Shown here: positions 58,626-64,000 of the stretch, piece by piece | How the letters are laid out: every line of letters starts with the position of its first letter | Numbering within the stretch: position 1 is the first letter of the stretch | From: Trueperaceae bacterium | GTDB lineage: Bacteria > Deinococcota > Deinococci > Deinococcales > Trueperaceae | Reading direction: 5' to 3' | Length of the DNA stretch: 64,000 bases | Assembly (NCBI GenBank): GCA_034520945.1 | Contig: JAXHNB010000006.1 | Span: forward strand, 608,001-672,000 | Made by a program: the position numbers and the translations under genes | The notes under the pieces: generated by a model | What the model was told of the DNA's origin: nothing | What the model saw: only the letters and a program-made list of their open reading frames with translations | Database searches by the model: none

Positions 58626-59903
58626 TGGACCTCCCCCGGGGCCGTGGACCGGGCTTGGGCGCCTTCGGTCATGCGGGCGCCGTCCTGCGAGCGTACTGGG
58701 TTTCCCACTCCGCTGGGGTGAGCATGCCCAGGGTGGAGTGGCGCCGACGCTGGTTGTAGGTCACCTCCAGCCAGAAGAAGATCGCGGTTCTCAGTTCCTC
58801 CTCGACCGCCACGCGTGGCGGTCGAGGAGTTCCGTCTGCAACGTCGCGAAGAAGCTTTCCATCACCGCGTTGTCGTGGGGGCTTCCCCGACCGCTCATGC
58901 TGCCCACCAGGCCGAACTGGGATAGCGTCTCGCCGAACCGGATCGAGGTGTACGCCGACCCGCGGTCGGAGTGGTGGATGAGACCGCCGTTCACGTCGTG
59001 CCGCCCTGCGGCCATGCTGACGGCGTCGACGACCAGCTCGGTGGAGGCACTGTCGCCCATCGACCAGCCTTTGATCCGTTTCGATGCCGCATCGAGGACG
59101 GCCGCCAGGTACAACCAGCCGTCGTCCGTAAGGTGCTGCGTCACGTCCGCGTACCAAACGCGGTTGGGCTCCTCGACCTCGAAGGCGCGCTGCACCAGGT
59201 CCGGCGCGACGCGCTCCGCCAGCGAAGCCTCCTGCGCCTTCCTGCGGCCCTGCTTGCGGCGGTGCACGCCCTGCAGGCCCGCGGTCCGCATCAGGCGCTC
59301 CACGCGCTTCCTGGAGACGTACCAGCCGTGCTCCAGGCGCAGCTCGGCGTGCACCCTGGGCGAGCCGTACGTGCCGTCCGACGCCTCGTGAATCTCACGG
59401 ATCACGCCCAACAGCTCATCGTCCTCCTGGGCCCTCTGGGACGGCGGGCGGTCCCGCCAGGCGTAGTACCCCGCCCGAGCAATGTTCAAGACGCGGCACA
59501 TGGTCCTGACGCTGTGGTTCGCCTTCTCCGCATCGACGAACCGATACACGCTTACCGCGTGCGATCGGTCGTCCGTCGCGAAGAAGGCTGCCGCCTTTCG
59601 TAAGATCTCCCGTTCCTCACGCAACAAGCGATTCTCGCGCTTCAAACGGCGAATCTCCGCGCTTTCCTCGACCGCCTGCGGGTTCTCCTGGACTTCGGCG
59701 TCCCGCACCCACTTCCGGATCGAGTACGCGCTCACGTCGAGTTCCTCCGCCAGTTTCCGGAAGCCCTTGCCACTCTCCCGGTAGAGGCGTACGACCTCCT
59801 GTTTGTACTCGCTGCTGTACCGCTTGGCCATTCGGACCAGTCCCTTCCTTCCCGAAACCTACCAGGAAGCAGTCACATGGTCCACGAGGCAGGGGGAACT
59901 CCA
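58626..59903 (-). mobile_element. IS3-family insertion sequence (1278 bp) with 3-bp target duplication ACC
   Basis: Imperfect terminal IRs TGGACCTCCCCCGGGGCCGTGGAC / TGGAGTTCCCCCTGCCTCGTGGAC; ACC on both flanks. Confidence 0.92.
58669..59831 (-). pseudogene. IS3 transposase (OrfA-OrfB fused in frame; frameshift near 58800)
   Basis: KRYSSEYK, YGSPR, WYADVT, HHSDRGS, DNAVMESFF; C-terminal YNQRRRHSTLG in another frame. Confidence 0.88.
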
Positions 59904-59909
59904 ACCACG

Positions 59910-60155
59910 TCACCCTCGGGGGCGCGTGAGGATCTCCTCGAGTTCTGCGTACAGCGCGTGCGCCTGCGTTTCGCTCAGGCCTCGGATGCGGATGGCTTGC
60001 TCCAGCGTGACGGTCGCCGCCAGCGCGCTGCGCATGACGGGGTTCTGCAGCGGCGTGAATCCGTGGCGCACCAGGCAGGGCAGCACCTCGGGGGAGCGTT
60101 CCAGCAGGGTCGAGACGCGCGTATGCGCCAGCGAAGCGGGAGGGTCGGCCGTCAT
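59910..60155 (-). CDS. DUF1858-like small protein
   Basis: VSTLLERSPEVL..LVRHGFTPLQNP.MR...TLEQA. Confidence 0.75.
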   Translation of the reverse strand: MTADPPASLAHTRVSTLLERSPEVLPCLVRHGFTPLQNPVMRSALAATVTLEQAIRIRGLSETQAHALYAELEEILTRPRG

Positions 60156-60191
60156 GCGCGTCACCGTGGCCGAGCCCAACGGCGCCTCGCT

Positions 60192-60205
60192 ATGACCGAG
60201 GTCAA
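60192..60205 (-). promoter_or_regulatory. CRP/FNR-type box
   Basis: TTGAC-CTCG-GTCAT (minus strand) centred 43.5 bp upstream of ATG 60155. Confidence 0.72.
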
Positions 60206-60825
60206 ACGCCGCGCAGGGAGGCGGTGTCCATATCGGCCGGTTCACCGCCGTTCTGGCTGCGCTGCGTTCCCACGACCTCGCTCACGAGGCGGTCGCACCA
60301 CGCATCCAGCAGCTCGTCCACCCGCTCCTCCTCGCCGTCGTAGTTCAGCAGCAGGCCCACGAACATGTCCCCCCGCAACGCGCGGGAGTCCTCGAAGTCG
60401 TAGCCGGCGTGCGGCCACGGCGCCACCAGCGTCGCCCCCGCCGCTTCGAAGCGTTCCGCGACGATGCCGAGGGCGTCGCCGAAGGTGTCGGGATAGAAGA
60501 CCGGATCGCCGGCACCGAAGAGGGCGACGCGCACGCCCCGGAAGTCCTGACCCGTAAGCTCGTCCAGGCGGTCGTCCCAGTCGGCCTGCAACAGCCCGAT
60601 GTCCCAGGTGGGGACACCGAGCGCAAGCACGTCGTACGACGTCAACGTGGCCGGTTCCACGACCCCCACGTCGAGGCAGGGCACTTTGGCGTCCAGCCGT
60701 CGCTCCAACCGCTCGGTGAGTCGCTTGGCGGCGTCCTCGGTGTTGCCCGAGGTGCTGCCGTACACCACGGCCATGCTGGGCGTCTCAGGAACGGTCGTGC
60801 GGGTCGGATCGGAGGAGGACGCCAT
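60202..60825 (-). CDS. Long-chain flavodoxin
   Basis: YGSTSGNTEDAA, LGVPTWDIG, VALFGAGD..YPDTF.DA, GYDFEDSRA. Confidence 0.92.
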   Translation of the reverse strand: MASSSDPTRTTVPETPSMAVVYGSTSGNTEDAAKRLTERLERRLDAKVPCLDVGVVEPATLTSYDVLALGVPTWDIGLLQADWDDRLDELTGQDFRGVRVALFGAGDPVFYPDTFGDALGIVAERFEAAGATLVAPWPHAGYDFEDSRALRGDMFVGLLLNYDGEEERVDELLDAWCDRLVSEVVGTQRSQNGGEPADMDTASLRGV

Positions 60826-60860
60826 GCGTGGCAGGATAGCGGCCCTCCCGCCAGGGCGCC

Positions 60861-60874
60861 TTGACGCAGGTCAA
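60861..60874 (-). promoter_or_regulatory. CRP/FNR-type box (perfect)
   Basis: TTGAC-GCAG-GTCAA centred 42.5 bp upstream of flavodoxin ATG. Confidence 0.8.
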
Positions 60875-60996
60875 GTTCGCCCGGTCGCGCGCCCGGGGGG
60901 CGGTCGCTGGACGAGCGCAGGTACGACGCGGCGGTTTCGACGCAGCCGCACGCGGGGCGGGCCTTCCGTGGAGGAGCGCTCCGGGTTGGGCAGGGC

Positions 60997-61010
60997 ATGA
61001 CGTGCGTCAT
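60997..61010 (+). promoter_or_regulatory. CRP/FNR-type box
   Basis: ATGAC-GTGC-GTCAT centred 42.5 bp upstream of ATG 61046. Confidence 0.72.
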
Positions 61011-61045
61011 GGCCCCGGCACGCGCTTGCAGGCTAGGTTCACCGC

Positions 61046-61294
61046 ATGAGTGACACCGTCGACGAGGTGCTCGACAATCGCGGCCTCGAACCCCCCATGC
61101 CGATGACGCGCACGCTGGAGGCGTACGAGGGCCTTGCGCCGGGCGGCCGCCTGCGGATCCACAACGACCGCGTGCCCATCTACCTCCTGCCACAACTAGA
61201 GGAGCGCGGCGCCCGCTTCGAGATCGACGAACAGGTTGATGGCAGCGCCTTCGTCACCATCACCAAGCCCGAGGGCGACGCGGCGGCGCGGTGA
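61046..61294 (+). CDS. DUF2249/SirA(TusA)-like protein
   Basis: LDNRGLEPPMPMTRTL...IHNDRVPIYLLPQLEERG. Confidence 0.85.
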   Translation: MSDTVDEVLDNRGLEPPMPMTRTLEAYEGLAPGGRLRIHNDRVPIYLLPQLEERGARFEIDEQVDGSAFVTITKPEGDAAAR

Positions 61295-62637
61295 CGTCCG
61301 CGCTTGCTGGGGGCAATGCCGTCCCTTTCGTGGTTCCGCTGCGCTTCTTGCTGAGTGGCGCCGTGGCCCTGGCTGCGTTCTGGACGGCGCTCGTGTTGCG
61401 TCCCAGCGCTGCGGTGGGGTACGCCGCCGCGCCGGATACGTTGGCGTTGGTGCATGTGCTCACGTTGGGGGTCGGCACGCTGGTGCTGGTGGGTGCCATG
61501 CATCAGTTGGTGCCGGTGCTGCTGGTCACGCACCTCTATGCTCCCGGGTGGGGGTTGGCGACGTTCCTGGGGTTGGGTGTGGGTTCGTTGGCGGTGGTGC
61601 TGGGTTTCGCCCTCGGGTCGCGCCCGGCGTGGTTGGCGGTGGGTGGCACCGTGGCGTGGCTGGCCGTCACGCTGTTCGTCCTGAACGTCGGCCTCACCGC
61701 CGCCCGCGTAGCGCGCCTCGACGCGCCCGCCGTGACGCTGCTGGTGGCGACGGCGTACCTGTGGTTGACGTTCACGCTGGGGACGCTGCTGGCGCTGGCG
61801 CGCGTCTGGCCCGCCCTGCAGGCGGCGCTCGGGTACGCCACGCCCGTCCACCTCTCCTTCGGCCTGCTTGGCGCGTTCGGGCTGGCCATCGCCGGTGCGG
61901 GCCATAAGCTCCTCTCGATGTTCACTCTGGCGCACGGTGTGCGCCTGGGCGCGCTCTGGGGCGTCCTCGGCTTCACGGTGGCCGGGACGGTGCTGCTGGT
62001 GGTGGTCACCTGGGGTCCCGCCGTGGGGTTCGGCGGCGGTCCGGGGGCGCTTACCTACGCCGCGTCCTGGGGGGCGCGCCTCGCCTTCCTGTTCGGGGGC
62101 GCGTGCTACGCCCTGGACGTCCGTCGGATCCTGCGCGCCCGCATACGCCGCAACCCGGACGTGGGCGTGCGGGGGTTCCTGGTCGGCATCGCAGGGTTCG
62201 TGCCGGCGGCGGCGGCGATGCTGGCGGGGCGCATCGACGTCGCGGTGACACTGGTGTTGGTGGGCGTCGTTCCGCTGGCCATCGCCGGCATGCTCGTCAA
62301 GATCTCGACGTTCCTGACCTGGCAGCACCGCTACGCGCGATGGGTGGGTCGCAGCCAGACGGGGCGGGGCACGCCGATGCTGTCCGACATGATCCGGCCG
62401 CGCCTGGGGTGGGTCACGATCATGGGCTTGGCGGCGGGGAGCCTGCTGGTGGCACTGGCGCGATTGCTGGACAGCGAAGCCGTCGCGGGCATTGCTGCCG
62501 TGCTGGGCGCCGTGGGCGCCTGGGCGCTGCTGGCGCACGTGGCGTGGATCGTCTTCGCCGAGCATGCGCCGAGCGGAGCGCAGGGCACGCCCCCCGCTCC
62601 GCCGGTGGAGAGGAGACAGGATGTCCGACCTTCGTGA
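61291..62637 (+). CDS. ~12-TM membrane protein with conserved His (NnrS/oxidase-subunit-I-like repeats)
   Basis: HVLTLG...GAMHQLVP; HLSFGLLG...GAGHKLLSMF; GMLVKISTFLTW. Confidence 0.78.
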   Translation: MTSALAGGNAVPFVVPLRFLLSGAVALAAFWTALVLRPSAAVGYAAAPDTLALVHVLTLGVGTLVLVGAMHQLVPVLLVTHLYAPGWGLATFLGLGVGSLAVVLGFALGSRPAWLAVGGTVAWLAVTLFVLNVGLTAARVARLDAPAVTLLVATAYLWLTFTLGTLLALARVWPALQAALGYATPVHLSFGLLGAFGLAIAGAGHKLLSMFTLAHGVRLGALWGVLGFTVAGTVLLVVVTWGPAVGFGGGPGALTYAASWGARLAFLFGGACYALDVRRILRARIRRNPDVGVRGFLVGIAGFVPAAAAMLAGRIDVAVTLVLVGVVPLAIAGMLVKISTFLTWQHRYARWVGRSQTGRGTPMLSDMIRPRLGWVTIMGLAAGSLLVALARLLDSEAVAGIAAVLGAVGAWALLAHVAWIVFAEHAPSGAQGTPPAPPVERRQDVRPS

Positions 62638-62977
62638 CGAGATTCGGGGTGACGTCGCCGTCACCGAGATGAACCCCAGCGTTGATCCGCAGGAGGTGGT
62701 GCGCGGCATGGCGAGCGTCATCGATCCCGAGCTGGGATTGGATGTGGTGTCGCTCGGCCTGGTGTACGAGGTGCACGTGGTGGGGGGTGATGTGACCGTC
62801 ATCATGACGCTCACCACGCCGGGATGCCCGCTGCACGGCATCATCAGCGCCGACGCCAGCGAGAAGGTCGGCGCGCTGCCGGGCGTGGACAGTGTCGATG
62901 TGCAGCTGGTTTGGGATCCGGCCTGGACGCCGGACATGATCTCAGAGGAGGGCAGGAGCAAGCTGTTCTGGCTGTGA
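62621..62977 (+). CDS. DUF59 metal-sulfur cluster assembly factor (SufT/PaaD-like)
   Basis: VIDPELGLDVVSLGLVY, MTLTTPGCP, VWDPAWTPDMIS. Confidence 0.92.
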   Translation: MSDLRDEIRGDVAVTEMNPSVDPQEVVRGMASVIDPELGLDVVSLGLVYEVHVVGGDVTVIMTLTTPGCPLHGIISADASEKVGALPGVDSVDVQLVWDPAWTPDMISEEGRSKLFWL

Positions 62978-63018
62978 GCCGGCCCTTGCTACCTCGGTTT
63001 GGGCGCCCCCCCCCGGGG

Positions 63019-63572
63019 TCAGGGAGCGCTGCATGTCGTCGATGCGTTCGCTGATGCGGATGCCGCGCCGGCACGATCTCGGGCTGATGGTGGTGCCGGG
63101 CCTCGTGTCGTGCCCTCGGTCACACCTGGCAACCCCGGGTACGATCCAATCCGAACTTCGGCGTATTCGATGGCACGAAGGTCAGCGGCGTGGCGAACGG
63201 CCGCGTCGAGGGTGACGATACGTGCGTTTAAGCCTCCCGCAAAGGCGAGGTGCAGTGCGTCGAGGCGCGTAGGCTCGTGCGCCGCGCAAGCAGCCACGCC
63301 GTGGCGCGCTCGTAGTGGACCGCGGTGAGGGGTCGGATCTGGAAGCGGCTGGCTTGGAGATCCTGCTCGAATGCCGCTTCGATACGGTTAGCTTCCACTT
63401 CGCTGATCTGGCGCATGCGGGTCCAACGTGCCAGCGCGGAAGTGAACTCGACGCGCGTCAGTTGACGGATCAGCACAGCCTCTTCTTGGCGTCGCAGCAA
63501 ATCCTCTACGGCTTCGCTGTGCCGTTCGAGCCGGTAGTAGGGCAGGAGCGCGCTGGTGTCGAAGTACAGCAC
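63019..63572 (-). pseudogene. vapC: VapC PIN toxin, frameshifted near 63265
   Basis: YFDTSALLPYY..E, VEFTSAL; LDALHLA...TLD continues in a different frame. Confidence 0.8.
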
Positions 63573-63815
63573 TCAGTACCGCTCATCGTCTCGAAGGCTG
63601 CGCACCGTTTCGGCCGCTGACTCCTTCATCGAGGGTAGCTGACGCCGCAACTCGCTTCGGTCAGGGAAAGGCGACATCGGTCGTTCGACGGGAACGAGTC
63701 GTGCCGCCGGTCGTCCTCGGCGAACGATCACGATCTCCTCCCCCGCAGCCACCGCGTCGAGGAGGTCTGAGAGTCGCTCGCGTGCGTCTCGCACGTTCAC
63801 GGTTTCCATACGCAC
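63573..63815 (-). CDS. Phd/YefM-family antitoxin
   Basis: VNVRDARERLSDLLDAV..GEEIVIVRRGRPAARLVP. Confidence 0.9.
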   Translation of the reverse strand: MRMETVNVRDARERLSDLLDAVAAGEEIVIVRRGRPAARLVPVERPMSPFPDRSELRRQLPSMKESAAETVRSLRDDERY

Positions 63816-64000
63816 TTCCCGTGTGTACTCGTCTAGTGTACGTCAACCCGTGTCAGCGCTCCCTGCCTTGCGCAGCCCGTCTCTTCACCTTCCTTCACGT
63901 ACGGTATCGTTTTCCCGAAGCACGCTTTGCGGTGAGTGCGACGCAACCCGTCGCAGCGCCGTGCCATACCGGGACACACGCGGCAGGACCCGGACCGAGC

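Overview
High-GC bacterial chromosome segment, most likely Deinococcota (Trueperaceae/Deinococcales-like). This is inferred from gene content and from pervasive leaderless TANNNT promoters. Bases ~1-31 kb are intact core genes: udk, pyrG, gmk, rpoZ, coaBC, argR, hflX, fatty-acid/butyryl-CoA enzymes, two M42 peptidases, a roadblock-roadblock-DUF3467 triad, a PP2C/Ser-Thr kinase pair, a tRNA nucleotidyltransferase, ypdA, nth and pilC. ~31-38 kb is a decaying accessory patch with a shattered ars operon, adh, an IS21 stub and parDE. 38.7-40.8 kb holds trxC, rpsT, trmJ and three tRNAs. 41-64 kb is a long accessory region with a GntR-bicupin-ROK-ABC sugar operon carrying a dre-like operator, several toxin-antitoxin modules, a CsoR-type box with SHOCT/Met-rich genes, a MarR switch and an IS3 element. 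The strongest unexplained signal is a dispersed regulon of small, mostly uncharacterised genes (DUF542, cupin, DUF1858, DUF2249, flavodoxin, DUF59 and His-containing membrane proteins). Its four transcription units each carry a (T/A)TGAC-N4-GTCA(A/T) CRP/FNR-type box centred 42.5-43.5 bp upstream of an apparently leaderless start codon. Family assignments were made by motif recognition by eye, not by database search.
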